From a virus (Duplodnaviria; Caudoviricetes), in the IMG/VR virus record IMGVR_UViG_3300018917_000004, positions 1-52,415 of that record: a DNA stretch of 52,415 bases. One strand, given 5' to 3'. This document shows, piece after piece, positions 19,125 through 29,293 of the stretch. The notes under the pieces were generated by a model. The model searched no databases and was not told the DNA's origin. It saw only the letters and a list, made by a program, of their open reading frames with translations. Made by a program: the position numbers and the translations under genes. Numbering within the stretch: the stretch's first letter is position 1; every line of letters begins with the position of its first letter.

Positions 19125-19213
19125 TGTGAGCCTAACGGCCCTAAGTCACTTGTTATAATTGTTATCACAACGTATACTTAGATAACTTAAGTAGCATAGG
19201 GCACGCGTCGCAG

Positions 19214-19437
19214 ACAGTGGTACCCGGATATAATTAGGGTAACGCATTGTTACTAAGTTACCTAAGTTAGAAGCGGTGGCAGTGGGTAGTTTCAGAAAGA
19301 AAATAGTACTTCAAGGTGTTAGCCATATTCCTCACACACACAGTGGTACCACTTTTCAAATGACCATTCATGCGCCCCAAAGCCCTTGGTGTATATGGTG
19401 GCGACTGAGGCCCCTATTTCAGATAGTGGTACCACTA
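19214..19437. repeat. GTGGTACCAC palindrome cluster B
   Basis: Copies at 19217, 19343 and 19426 in a convergent intergenic gap. Confidence 0.75.
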
Positions 19438-19496
19438 TGCTGCATAACGTGAAATGACGTACACTGTGTTGTTACGGTGATTCCCGGAACATAAGG

Positions 19497-20663
19497 CTAG
19501 TCAGGGTCATTTAGGAGTAATGGTGTAAAGGTGCTACTTACACCTCTTGGGTCAACTAGGGTAATTGAGAGTTCAATAAGGTTAGGTGAGGTGTACCGTT
19601 GAGGCATAGGGTAATTTACGGTATCGAGGTTCACAGTGACGTATTGAATACCAGTGATACCCGGCACGGCCCTAATGATATACTCAAGCTCCTTAATGCG
19701 AAGCGTGGCCCCCGTAGTGTAATTAGATGGCTTAAGGTAGGCCACAATGGTACTAAATACGTCATCAGATAATTCAGGTGAGATTTGGGAGGTCTCAAGG
19801 ACACAAGAGACACTAACGTCAATGAGTTCAACCGGCGAGACCCACAAGGCGCTACCAGTGAAAACCAGTGGCAATAGTTCAGCCCTAATGACACTACAGA
19901 CATCAGGGCTAGCAGGGTTACCGAGGGCATCAACGACAAATAGATGCACATGGCCTAATGAGCCGTCCTGTTTAGCTTGGTTCATCGTAGGGATAGCTAA
20001 GGCCTTACTACCGTACCCTAGGATATCTTGGGCCGCGCTTTCATAGTCGGCTAGGGTCACCAGGGTATCGCGTCGCCTAAGTGCCTCTTGGCCCCTACGC
20101 ACTGTTTCGAGCAGTGGCTCAATGTCAGTGCCGCCAGCGATGTCCTCAGTATTATATATCATACTGACGTAATTTAAGTTAGTACTAGTTTGCACGAGGC
20201 CGAGCTTGGGCACGTTGCCAATAACGCCAACCTTAGAGGCCTGTACAGCCACGGTACCCTCATAGGCCCTGGGTGGTATAACTAACTCCTGTGTGGTCAC
20301 AAAGTACACGTTATCACGAAAGGGTATCAAGTGGCCCGCAGGTAGAATAAAGTTATCCTGTAGTGCTTGTGATAACAGTACAGTTACTTTCCCTGAGGCC
20401 TTGGTGCCAAGTGACCGTTGTACCCCAAAGAGCCTAAGTAGCTCAATAGCTAATGCAGTAGGTAGTTTATTCAGGTACCAAAATAACTCAGCAATAGCGA
20501 ACACTTCACCCGTTAGCACCCCGTTAGCAACAGTGGCCTTCTTAAAATCACGTAACCTATTACCACTGGCGGCGATAGTGCGGTTAACGGCCTGCTCGAA
20601 CAACTCTTGGTCATTACGGGGGTCAAGTACTACCCTAGGTAAATTAGATATCTTATATTCCAT
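19497..20663 (-). CDS. Baseplate J-like protein
   Basis: LDPRN, GTKASGKV, GGTDIE, LVTLADYE, GHVHLFV. Confidence 0.88.
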   Translation of the reverse strand: MEYKISNLPRVVLDPRNDQELFEQAVNRTIAASGNRLRDFKKATVANGVLTGEVFAIAELFWYLNKLPTALAIELLRLFGVQRSLGTKASGKVTVLLSQALQDNFILPAGHLIPFRDNVYFVTTQELVIPPRAYEGTVAVQASKVGVIGNVPKLGLVQTSTNLNYVSMIYNTEDIAGGTDIEPLLETVRRGQEALRRRDTLVTLADYESAAQDILGYGSKALAIPTMNQAKQDGSLGHVHLFVVDALGNPASPDVCSVIRAELLPLVFTGSALWVSPVELIDVSVSCVLETSQISPELSDDVFSTIVAYLKPSNYTTGATLRIKELEYIIRAVPGITGIQYVTVNLDTVNYPMPQRYTSPNLIELSITLVDPRGVSSTFTPLLLNDPD

Positions 20664-20753
20664 GGTGGTATTGTGTACTGCGTACTGCCTAAATGTTTAA
20701 CTGTGTGATAATGTGATAACGTGATAACAAATGAAAACTAGGTGCAAGGTGCC

Positions 20754-21107
20754 CTAGGGCACAAATGATGTCTTAAAGGTGCGTGATGGCCCCCGGTTAA
20801 CCTGATAGTTTACTTGTACCATGAGGCTACCGTCGTCGATAAAGGCCCCTAGGATGTTGAAAGAGACACCAGGGTACTCAGCGATACCATATTCAATCGT
20901 CGCCCTGATAGCTGCCAGGATAGCAGGTATATCGGTGGTACTTTGGAAGACTAGACGGTCACGGCCTAGCCTAGGGTACCATACGCGCTCACCTTTGAGA
21001 CTGTGTAAAGTACTGAGTATAGCTTGTGACACTTTGGTCTCATAATCCTCCACTGTCACAAGGTCACCTGATGGCCCTATTTCTAAAGGGTACTTGAGTG
21101 TAGTCAT
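20754..21107 (-). CDS. Baseplate wedge gp25/gpW-like protein
   Basis: LKYPL...LKGERVWYPRLG motif. Confidence 0.8.
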   Translation of the reverse strand: MTTLKYPLEIGPSGDLVTVEDYETKVSQAILSTLHSLKGERVWYPRLGRDRLVFQSTTDIPAILAAIRATIEYGIAEYPGVSFNILGAFIDDGSLMVQVNYQVNRGPSRTFKTSFVP

Positions 21108-21132
21108 ATATCCTCATGGTATTGTGATAACA

Positions 21133-21831
21133 TTAGCGGCCGTCGGTAACTAAGTGGTCACCATCAGAGTCAACAGCGCCAATTACTGTAACTGGTATCT
21201 CATCAATGGTCACGTTGGTAGCTGTAAAGTTAACAGTGTCAGGTGTGACCTCGATACCGCCTACTTCGCTCAGGGTGCCATCGGGGTTAAGTTGCCCGAA
21301 TGTAATCTTGGGTGACGTGATATCAATATGGTCTTTATAAAACGTAATGGCTGACGTAAGGTAACCTACTTTAACATACTCTTCCTTAAAGCTAATCGAT
21401 GCGTCATTATACGTCAAAGTAACCTCAGGCTCCTCAAGGCCCTCACTGCCCACTGGTGCAATTAGGAAGCTAAAGGTACCCCACTCATACCGCCATACAT
21501 CCTTAGGGCCAGCAGGGTTAACTAAGTTCTGAGCAAAGCCTAGGTAGAACCCTACTTCATTTTGGTTAGCATCATTGAAGCCTACTAGCACGATATCGCC
21601 CGGTGACGGCATAGGTACGCTAAGGTGAAACCAGGGCATTATTCTAATTAGCCAATTCGACTTATTATGGCCCCCCTGATGCCCTAGGAAGACCTTAATG
21701 CGCCCTGTACCCTCAGGGTCGATATCAGGTGCCACGATACCCCACTTCAGACCTAGGGCCCTTCCTGCTAGCTCTTGGGCCACTTGTGCCGCCTTAAAGC
21801 CCTGATATATATGGTTGAATATTTCAGACAT
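21133..21831 (-). CDS. Baseplate spike (gpV/Vgr OB-fold)
   Basis: DPEGTGRIKV..SNWL..PSPGDIVLVGF; C-terminal GAVDSDGD. Confidence 0.82.
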   Translation of the reverse strand: MSEIFNHIYQGFKAAQVAQELAGRALGLKWGIVAPDIDPEGTGRIKVFLGHQGGHNKSNWLIRIMPWFHLSVPMPSPGDIVLVGFNDANQNEVGFYLGFAQNLVNPAGPKDVWRYEWGTFSFLIAPVGSEGLEEPEVTLTYNDASISFKEEYVKVGYLTSAITFYKDHIDITSPKITFGQLNPDGTLSEVGGIEVTPDTVNFTATNVTIDEIPVTVIGAVDSDGDHLVTDGR

Positions 21832-21876
21832 AGTGGCACTGCGTGCGCTAAACTACACTATGATACAGTAAACATT

Positions 21877-21910
21877 AAAATACCCCTGTGACATTGTTAT
21901 CACAAGGGTT
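21877..21910 (-). terminator. Terminator containing TGTTATCACA
   Basis: Same hairpin family as 1185-1220. Confidence 0.6.
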
Positions 21911-21944
21911 AATTAGTGGCTTATGGCGTAGCCAGTGGTAGTAA

Positions 21945-22148
21945 TTAAAACTCGTAGCCGTAGGTATTAGTTTCTGCTTGGTGGGACTCAGAGCGGCTAA
22001 GGAAGACGGTAGAAAAGAATGGGTTACAATTGAACTTGTACTCTCTAGAATGCTTCCATGCTGCTAGTATAATTTGATTGCCTAGGGGCCGCGTTTCACC
22101 TATTTTAACTTGGTACATTTCAGAATCCTGTGTAGTGTTGGTTGTCAT
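21945..22148 (-). CDS. Hypothetical protein
   Basis: 67-aa ORF. Confidence 0.55.
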   Translation of the reverse strand: MTTNTTQDSEMYQVKIGETRPLGNQIILAAWKHSREYKFNCNPFFSTVFLSRSESHQAETNTYGYEF

Positions 22149-22210
22149 AGATGCCCTAATGTACTTGTGATAACGAGGGTAGTAGGGGCCGTGATGGCCC
22201 CTGTGGTTAA

Positions 22211-22522
22211 TTAGATGGCCTGATGCAGTCTAGCGTAACACTGAAAGGGCCGTAGCACCCGGTTGAACACTTGGCCTATCGATACTTCCTCATGACCGTA
22301 GGTGATATGCAGGTCAATTGCGGCCTCTAGTTCCTGTCGTGCTTCATTGGTGACGCCTAGGTATACGTACTCAACACCGTTGAGCATTTCGACCAATACA
22401 GCGTTCAGAGTAACACCGGACAGTTCTAGGGTACCAAATTCAATTCGTGCAATCCAGGTTGAAGAAACGACGTGGCCAGAGGTGGCGGTGAATGCGTTGG
22501 TGTTGATGTTAGCTTGTGTCAT
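22211..22522 (-). CDS. KTSC-domain-like protein
   Basis: VSSTWIARIEF..VEMLNGVEYVYLGV..SIGQVFNRVLR; start at ATG 22522 with GAGG RBS. Confidence 0.6.
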   Translation of the reverse strand: MTQANINTNAFTATSGHVVSSTWIARIEFGTLELSGVTLNAVLVEMLNGVEYVYLGVTNEARQELEAAIDLHITYGHEEVSIGQVFNRVLRPFQCYARLHQAI

Positions 22523-22643
22523 TTTGGGCCTCTGTTTCCTTAACTTTCTTAAGTATACTCGATTCTGTCTTTGTTGTAAAGTGTGTGACACTTTATTTCT
22601 GGCACATACCGGGTGGCCCTTAGTTACCTCAGGCCTTTGTTAC

Positions 22644-22820
22644 CTACTCGTCTGAATCGTCGTAATCACGGTCAGACTGGGGGCCGCGTGTGCTATCGAG
22701 GTCGTTGTCAACATCGCCGCCACGACCGCCTTCATAAGCAAAGAAGGTACCCTCTTCATCACGAGCGTCGCGGTCTGCATTACCGGCCCCGTTACCATCG
22801 TCACTTCCTGAGTAAGTCAT
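22644..22820 (-). CDS. 58-aa very acidic early protein
   Basis: ATG 22820 follows the promoter TGGCAC-17-TATATT (22851-22879); Asp/Gly-rich. Confidence 0.65.
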   Translation of the reverse strand: MTYSGSDDGNGAGNADRDARDEEGTFFAYEGGRGGDVDNDLDSTRGPQSDRDYDDSDE

Positions 22821-23045
22821 GTGTGTAACCTCGTCTCTCTTTACTCTTCTAATATAACACCGTTTGCCCTGCTGTGCCATAATATTACATCAGCATAACT
22901 GATGAGTTTACAGGGCACTAATAAGAATAGTGGATACCAGGGGCACAGTGGTTAATGTTATAAACTATGCCTTGCAGGCCGCGTTAGTAAAGTACTATAC
23001 TAAATAGATATAACTTAATGCTACGTTATAGCGTACGCAGTACAC

Positions 23046-23540
23046 ATGAGCGTTAATAGGAGGTTACGTGTAGTTGATGCGATAGGGGCCGTGATGAGCC
23101 AGCAAGAGGCTATGGTTTTAGGTAAGACAAAGCTACACGGTAGCGTAGGGTACCCTGAGTTAAAAGTGAGTCAAGACCTGCTCGAACTGCTGATTACATT
23201 GAACCCTAAATTTAACCAGAATAATACGGTACGTGAGGCCGCGACGCCAGCAGGTAAAGCTGATATCCTAACGCCACACGAGGTAATCGAGGTTAAAAAG
23301 GGTAGCGATTATAAACACGCAGTAGGCCAGGTGTTATTCTATCACGCACATTTAAAACAGGTGTACCCTAAGGCACAGATGGCCGTTGCTTTGTATGATG
23401 TATCTATAAATAACCTTGGGGTAATCGTGACCGGCTTTCAATCGCTGAACATCAACCTATACATTCTATACGATAAAACATGGTACTACTTGCCACATAA
23501 GGTAAAACGTGTTACTAAACGTAAACCAGTCACACCATAA
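23046..23540 (+). CDS. PD-(D/E)XK-fold nuclease-like protein
   Basis: REAATPAGKADILT..VIEVK..KHAVGQVLFY. Confidence 0.7.
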   Translation: MSVNRRLRVVDAIGAVMSQQEAMVLGKTKLHGSVGYPELKVSQDLLELLITLNPKFNQNNTVREAATPAGKADILTPHEVIEVKKGSDYKHAVGQVLFYHAHLKQVYPKAQMAVALYDVSINNLGVIVTGFQSLNINLYILYDKTWYYLPHKVKRVTKRKPVTP

Positions 23541-23547
23541 CACCTTA

Positions 23548-23580
23548 ATAACCCCTGTGTCATTGTGATAACAGGGGTTA
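23548..23580. terminator. Bidirectional terminator-like hairpin containing TGTGATAACA
   Basis: TAACCCCTGT...ACAGGGGTTA between convergent genes. Confidence 0.6.
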
Positions 23581-23606
23581 CTTGTGGGACTATAGAGCCT
23601 AATGGC

Positions 23607-23852
23607 TCACTCGGCAGTTAGGGCGGCTACGGCCTGATTGAGACAATAGTGCCACTGTGACACATCAGCACCTGAAGCCTTTAGGGCCACAAAAGCGCCA
23701 TCGTATAAACCATACCACATCAGGTCGCACTGTTCAGAATATAGCGCCATACGTACACAGAGAGTCATTGTCTCTCTAGCATACAACTTAGGTAGCCGTA
23801 TCCCAGCGTTATAACCTGTGACATAGTTCACGTCAGAACGATTCGGTATCAT
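23607..23852 (-). CDS. Hypothetical protein
   Basis: 81-aa ORF. Confidence 0.6.
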   Translation of the reverse strand: MIPNRSDVNYVTGYNAGIRLPKLYARETMTLCVRMALYSEQCDLMWYGLYDGAFVALKASGADVSQWHYCLNQAVAALTAE

Positions 23853-23917
23853 ATGGAAAACCTGTGTTACATTACTTGAATTATAACACAGGTCGCATTA
23901 ACGTTTACGATTAGACC

Positions 23918-24217
23918 TTAATTACTACCGTAACGCCTAAAGTGATAACGATGAACCGCTGCGATATAATCAGGAAACGTGAGGAACTTAGGGATATCAC
24001 CAGCCGCAATTAGTACATCAAGGCAAGCCATATACTCACCATGAAACCTGTGATACTGAGAGCCTTGAGTTTCCTCAAAGGTATCTAGTGTCTCTGGGTC
24101 TCGTAGTAACTCACCGGCCATACTGCGATGACGTAATTTACATTGCTCTACCGGGGCCTTAAAATAACTCTCATAACCTATTTCATACCATTTTTCATCG
24201 GTAAGTTGGGAGGTCAT
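23918..24217 (-). CDS. Hypothetical protein
   Basis: 99-aa ORF. Confidence 0.6.
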   Translation of the reverse strand: MTSQLTDEKWYEIGYESYFKAPVEQCKLRHRSMAGELLRDPETLDTFEETQGSQYHRFHGEYMACLDVLIAAGDIPKFLTFPDYIAAVHRYHFRRYGSN

Positions 24218-24253
24218 AATTCAACTAAATTGAAACTATGACTTCATTATAGC

Positions 24254-24889
24254 TTAAATGGGTACTATGTTGCAATGGTCACTCGTGATTAACTCATACG
24301 CCACGCTTGTGTTTAGGTTCAATTTATCACCTGTATGTTGCTCGTACTTTTTAACGAGTGCGCCCCAACCCTTATCAGTCCACAGTGTCATTAATTCCCT
24401 GAAGCTTCTATCATCCTTATATCGAACGAAGTCTACTAGGCTATTTACTTTACCCTTGGTTTCTACGACCTTACGATTTAAAAAGCGTATGAAGGCTTCC
24501 TTCTGTGATTTGAGCGTCCTTGTCCATACGCTATCCTCAGGCACCCCATCAGAGCCAGGTTCAAAAGTGTACTCCACAACGTAGTATAATGTATTACGCT
24601 TTGACTTATATTCTTTAAGGGCCACGCCTTCATTGTCGCACAAATGGTACACGGTGCCACCGGGCATTCTGATAACCCTTGTACGCTTCAGTTTCATTTC
24701 ATCATAGCCATAGCCCTGATAAAATCGTTGTCCTTGAGTGTAACCAGGTGTGACCTCTGCCTCACTAGTTACGCCTTGGTCGGCCGCGTCTTCCCTGATG
24801 CGTTGCAGGATATAAGCATTTACACTCAGGCCGCGCTTGGCTGCTAATTTCTCTACTAAGTCCTTTTCAACCTCAGGGAATCTAATCAT
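24254..24889 (-). CDS. Protein with N-terminal Arc-like ribbon-helix-helix domain
   Basis: MIRFPEVEKDLVEKLAAKRGLSVNAYILQRIRE; AGGAG RBS. Confidence 0.65.
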   Translation of the reverse strand: MIRFPEVEKDLVEKLAAKRGLSVNAYILQRIREDAADQGVTSEAEVTPGYTQGQRFYQGYGYDEMKLKRTRVIRMPGGTVYHLCDNEGVALKEYKSKRNTLYYVVEYTFEPGSDGVPEDSVWTRTLKSQKEAFIRFLNRKVVETKGKVNSLVDFVRYKDDRSFRELMTLWTDKGWGALVKKYEQHTGDKLNLNTSVAYELITSDHCNIVPI

Positions 24890-25076
24890 TATCGTTACTC
24901 CTATTTGACTTACTTTTACAGTATAGCATAGCCTTGCCCCTTTCTCCCCCTATGATACCAATTTAATCATAACTCATTATGACGTACTTAGGTACCAAGG
25001 GGGGTGGGAGGAACCGGGGCCACCTGTTTACTTGATTTAGTTAGATACCTCTCAGTCTCACTAGTATCACAAAGTA

Positions 25077-25859
25077 ATGTATAATGACACAGTTTATAAT
25101 TCGTTGCCCGATGTAGAGCCAGGTCAAGCTACGGCCATTCTAGAGCGACTCGACGGCCTAGGTGCCTATACTTTCATCGTTAATCCTGAAGAGGAACAAT
25201 GGAACTACTCGGCTGAATATGCCAAGTTACCCGTGGCTAACACTGCTCAACCAATCGTTAAGTATAAATACTCAGATAGCACTTTGAGCCTACCTAAGGT
25301 TCACTTATGGGCCCCAGGTAACACCAAAGCACTAAAGGCCCTTGTAGATAACTTAGCTTCATTCACTCGCCCTATTGAACCGGGGGGCATACCACCGGCC
25401 CTTAAGTTTTCCTATGGCGAAGTAATTATTCCTAGGTGTTACCTTAAGTCATTTCAACTTACTAGTAAGATGAGGCTATCAGGGGCCTTGTGTATGGCTG
25501 ATGCGACCATGGAAATATTAATGGCCCCTGAGTTGCCAGCGGTTGAACTAGCGCCAAAAGAAGTCCCCACTACCCTTACAGAGCGTGAGTGCGCCGATGC
25601 TGCCGCTAAGGTTAAACAGGCCTTCACTCAAGACCCTAAGTTAGCCGCTAAGTTCAAAACTGACCCTAAGGTCGATGTATACACTGTTGCCCCCGATAAA
25701 ACCGTGTCAGCTACGGGCGCTGCCGGCCCTAAGGCACCAGGTGCCACTACAACGCCTAATAGGGTATTAGGTAAACTAGATGATATCCTAGGCCCTGCGA
25801 TGCCTGATAGCCAAAAAGATATCCCCAAAGCCACTAATGACCCTGGGGATATGATGTGA
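25077..25859 (+). CDS. Tail tube initiator / CIS tube-like baseplate protein
   Basis: FIVNPEE..YSAEY and PPALKFSYG..CYLKSF patterns. Confidence 0.65.
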   Translation: MYNDTVYNSLPDVEPGQATAILERLDGLGAYTFIVNPEEEQWNYSAEYAKLPVANTAQPIVKYKYSDSTLSLPKVHLWAPGNTKALKALVDNLASFTRPIEPGGIPPALKFSYGEVIIPRCYLKSFQLTSKMRLSGALCMADATMEILMAPELPAVELAPKEVPTTLTERECADAAAKVKQAFTQDPKLAAKFKTDPKVDVYTVAPDKTVSATGAAGPKAPGATTTPNRVLGKLDDILGPAMPDSQKDIPKATNDPGDMM

Positions 25860-25876
25860 TATTGTGATAACAAATG

Positions 25877-26071
25877 TTAGTAGCGGTAACAGGTACTAGA
25901 GGGCCAGTCATCATCCTCATGTTCTTCTGTGACTACTAAGCGGTTACCATACTGGTCATAGAAAACCTCGGTATCTCGCCACCTACCCCAGTGGCACTCA
26001 TCACCTTTTAACGCCCAAATGCTATCAGATTGACCTATACCTCGCTGTATCCCAGTTTTCTGTATTCTCAT
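25877..26071 (-). CDS. Hypothetical protein
   Basis: 64-aa ORF at the end of the head-tail operon. Confidence 0.5.
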   Translation of the reverse strand: MRIQKTGIQRGIGQSDSIWALKGDECHWGRWRDTEVFYDQYGNRLVVTEEHEDDDWPSSTCYRY

Positions 26072-26075
26072 TAGT

Positions 26076-26471
26076 TTACCTTTGTTGAATCATTCTCACA
26101 ATTGCCTCATAATGCGTTAGGGGCCGCTGGTCAAGCCATATAACTTCTGCTCGGTCACCTTGCCAACCTGACACCGTTAACACCGCGTTAACCAAACATA
26201 CCCCATATCTCACATGGTCTACATCATACCACCTTGGTATATCGTGAATCACCATGTCTTCCTCACGTACCTCGATAGACGTATCTTGGTACCTTTTAAC
26301 CGTCGTGGCCCCTGCCTGAATCACTTTAACCCTAATAGGCACCGTATAGTCACCGTCTAAGTCCCAGACTACATCAGTGACCTGAGGTACACCTAGGCGA
26401 CCTTCGAGACTAATTACCCCCTGGCGCACTCGTGATAACCTACCTACCGTACTGTTTTCTATGAATGACAT
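26076..26471 (-). CDS. Probable head closure / head-tail adaptor
   Basis: Size and position among neck genes. Confidence 0.5.
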   Translation of the reverse strand: MSFIENSTVGRLSRVRQGVISLEGRLGVPQVTDVVWDLDGDYTVPIRVKVIQAGATTVKRYQDTSIEVREEDMVIHDIPRWYDVDHVRYGVCLVNAVLTVSGWQGDRAEVIWLDQRPLTHYEAIVRMIQQR

Positions 26472-26491
26472 GTGATTTTGTTATAACAAGG

Positions 26492-26881
26492 TTAGTTAAA
26501 TGAACGTGAGTTATCGTAGCTAATCGGCTGGGCCTCAAGTACTCTCTTAGCTGCCAATGTTCCTATTTCTCTCATTAGTTGACTTTTGAAGTGATTTGTG
26601 ATACTTGGTAGGGCCTTTTCTAACATATGGCGACCAGCCATCCTCTTGGTACCTAGTTCAACATACTGGGCATAGGGCCGACTATTGCGCCACAATATAC
26701 CATTACCTGATACTCTAGCCTCCCATGCAGCACTGAGGGCCCCTGATTTAATAGGGGTAGTTGCTTTCAATAAGGTGACACCATATTTCCTAGTTGACTC
26801 TGCTGCCTTCCGTGCTGCCTTGTCAATATTACCTGGTTTCCATAGTGCCCCATAGTAGCTTAGTTTAGCGTTATATGCCAT
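26492..26881 (-). CDS. HK97 gp10-like tail completion protein
   Basis: TPIKSGALSAAW..NSRPYAQYVELGTKRM. Confidence 0.8.
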   Translation of the reverse strand: MAYNAKLSYYGALWKPGNIDKAARKAAESTRKYGVTLLKATTPIKSGALSAAWEARVSGNGILWRNSRPYAQYVELGTKRMAGRHMLEKALPSITNHFKSQLMREIGTLAAKRVLEAQPISYDNSRSFN

Positions 26882-26894
26882 AGTTTCCTTAGTG

Positions 26895-27293
26895 TCAATA
26901 GAGCGACTTTATTGAATATGGTGTTGACCGGGTATCGTATAGCCTACCTGTGAAAATATCGACCAGTAATGGTAACTGTGTGTATTGTGATAACAATGCC
27001 ACTGCTGAGCTACCGGCGGCCTTGAGTTGACCTATGTAGGCTGTATAGTCAATTTGCAAGTCGCCAACCTTCACGGCCATCGCGTCTGGCATAGCCTCAC
27101 TAATTAAACTCTTGTACCTTACGATATCTTGCATTACCCCGTGTATATATGGGAGATTACTAGGCGATAATAGTTTCTCTGGCAGGTCACTAGGGGTCAC
27201 CGGGTAACCTAATACTTGCCCAACTGACCACATTGACACTATACCATTTGTGGTAACAGTATACTTAAAGTCCTTAAATTCTTCAGGTTTCAT
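26895..27293 (-). CDS. Probable head-tail connector
   Basis: VKVGDLQIDY motif; downstream of the capsid gene. Confidence 0.5.
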   Translation of the reverse strand: MKPEEFKDFKYTVTTNGIVSMWSVGQVLGYPVTPSDLPEKLLSPSNLPYIHGVMQDIVRYKSLISEAMPDAMAVKVGDLQIDYTAYIGQLKAAGSSAVALLSQYTQLPLLVDIFTGRLYDTRSTPYSIKSLY

Positions 27294-27424
27294 TTTGACC
27301 TCTTGATTTGTACGATACTGTACAGTTTTAACTCGTCTTTACAACTGACATGTAGGTAACCGTTCTCATAGGCTATAAGGTAGTAATTGTTACCTAGTTT
27401 CTTTAGTACTACTGCTTCAATCAT
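27290..27424 (-). CDS. 44-aa hypothetical protein
   Basis: MIEAVVLKKLGNNYYL...; ATGA overlap with the next gene. Confidence 0.45.
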   Translation of the reverse strand: MIEAVVLKKLGNNYYLIAYENGYLHVSCKDELKLYSIVQIKRSK

Positions 27425-27482
27425 GGCACTTCGGCCCTCAGGTTATTTAATACCCTAAGTATAACATATATCATTATATAGT

Positions 27483-27517
27483 AATAAAATACCCTGTTAT
27501 CACAAGGACACAGGGTA
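27483..27517 (-). terminator. Terminator after capsid gene containing TGTTATCACA
   Basis: ACCCTGT..ACAGGGT with a minus-strand U-tract; near-identical to 48114-48149. Confidence 0.7.
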
Positions 27518-27562
27518 TATTAGGGGAGAGTAGGGTTTCTAGGCCCTAAATGTTAAGTTATG

Positions 27563-28615
27563 TTAAGCAGGGTCAGCCGGGGTCAATGAGATGTTCTTGA
27601 TGGCCGCAATAGAGCGTCGGTTACGCACTTGGAGCTGTGGTGACACTGCGTATAACTCGAAAGTACGAACAGTATTAGGCTCACTGTGGTACTCGACGAT
27701 GTGAATTGGTAGGCCGGTGGTGGTATTGATGACTTCATTGAGGCTAGCTGGCATACCTTCACGTTGACCGGCGAGAGCGAAAAACCACAGGGTCATATCA
27801 GTGAACTTTAAGAACCGTATCTGGCCGTCTGGCATATCTGGTTCTAAAATGATAGGCCGGTTACCATAGCGCGACTCACCTAGCCCTAGGTCAACTAGTT
27901 TCAATGGGCCGTCAGTGGTGTCTTGAGGCAACGAGGCGGCACCAGCTAGATTACGGAACAGCTTACGATACTTGTACTCCATCATGGGATGCATTTGCAC
28001 CATATCGTATGTGGCCTTCATCGTGCGCGTCTGGACATCAAATAAGTCCATCAGGTCACGCGAGAATGCTCTTTCTGTTCCTGACTTCGAGATAACTGGT
28101 TTCCACAGTGGCTCAACAGCAGGGTCAATACCAGCATAGGCCGCTGTGTCATCAGCGATAATATCGATACTGACTAACTCAGTGTTATCGGTGCGAACGT
28201 TGATATCTTTGTTCAAGTCACCCAAGATAACCTCAAGGCCATCACGGATATGCTCGGCAAATAAGTCCTTTAGGGGCCCTACACCTCTTGTGGCCGCTTG
28301 TGCCATCTTGACACGAGACACCTGGAATCTATGAGAGTATCGCTGGTCACCGAAGCTAAGATGGGCCGGTAGTGCCTTCGAGTTATCGTTGTTTGTGTTA
28401 GGTGTATAGATGTTCACCAGGGAACTGTTAGCCCCTGGGAACTTAACATCCCAATCAATGTTAGGGTCAGTACGGCTTTGCACTCGCCCTCTGGCTACCA
28501 AGTTACCGATAGTGACCGCGTTGGTGATAGTTAAGTCCGGTACGATAGCGTCAAATATTTTATTCAGTGCTGCTACCGGGGCAAGTGGGGGATTAGCGTA
28601 ATTAGGCGTCGCCAT
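27563..28615 (-). CDS. Major capsid protein
   Basis: 350 aa after the scaffold; YAGIDPA..WKP; C-terminal QLQVRNRRSIAAIKNI. Confidence 0.8.
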   Translation of the reverse strand: MATPNYANPPLAPVAALNKIFDAIVPDLTITNAVTIGNLVARGRVQSRTDPNIDWDVKFPGANSSLVNIYTPNTNNDNSKALPAHLSFGDQRYSHRFQVSRVKMAQAATRGVGPLKDLFAEHIRDGLEVILGDLNKDINVRTDNTELVSIDIIADDTAAYAGIDPAVEPLWKPVISKSGTERAFSRDLMDLFDVQTRTMKATYDMVQMHPMMEYKYRKLFRNLAGAASLPQDTTDGPLKLVDLGLGESRYGNRPIILEPDMPDGQIRFLKFTDMTLWFFALAGQREGMPASLNEVINTTTGLPIHIVEYHSEPNTVRTFELYAVSPQLQVRNRRSIAAIKNISLTPADPA

Positions 28616-28654
28616 TTGTTTCTATTTTCCTTTGTGATACTGTTATAACAAGCG

Positions 28655-29257
28655 TTACATTAAGAAGGCCGCTGCGACCTGAGAGTCAAGGTTACCATCA
28701 TCTACCTTGATATTGTTAGCTGAGCTACCCGTGCCTACATTAGCACCAGGGGCCGGTAGTAAGTGCTGACCAACAGGGCTATTAAAGAATTCAGTTACCA
28801 CTTGGCTGACTTCTTTACCGTTAACGATAAATTTACCACCGATTTCCTTAGCGCCGTTAACTTCACTCATTAGCACTTTTGCCACGAAGTCACGATACTT
28901 ACTATCAGGGCCCGCAGTGCCAATAGCGTCATTCAAAGTACGCTCTAGTTTCCCTAGGCGCTCGGTTTCAAATTTAGCCTGTTCAGCTTGTTCGCGCTTT
29001 GTTTTCTCTTCGGTCAATTGGGCCTCTAGTTGAGCCAGTCGTTGCTCTAGTGGTGATTGCTTGCCACCGTTACTAGCTGGTGCCTCAGGGGCCTTAGGTG
29101 CCAATTTGGTCTCTAGTTCTTGAAGGCTACCATCTACATGACCTTGTAGTGTCGTTAGCACACCTGAGATAGCGGGGGTCAACGCGGCCTCAACTGCCTC
29201 TGTTAACTTATCGGCCATTAAGCTCTCGAACAACGCTCTGATTTCTGCTTCTGTCAT
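28655..29257 (-). CDS. Capsid scaffolding protein
   Basis: Coiled-coil with GTGS tail, upstream of the capsid gene. Confidence 0.7.
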   Translation of the reverse strand: MTEAEIRALFESLMADKLTEAVEAALTPAISGVLTTLQGHVDGSLQELETKLAPKAPEAPASNGGKQSPLEQRLAQLEAQLTEEKTKREQAEQAKFETERLGKLERTLNDAIGTAGPDSKYRDFVAKVLMSEVNGAKEIGGKFIVNGKEVSQVVTEFFNSPVGQHLLPAPGANVGTGSSANNIKVDDGNLDSQVAAAFLM

Positions 29258-29293
29258 GACTAACTTGGTTCCTGTATGTTAATAAAGTGTAAA

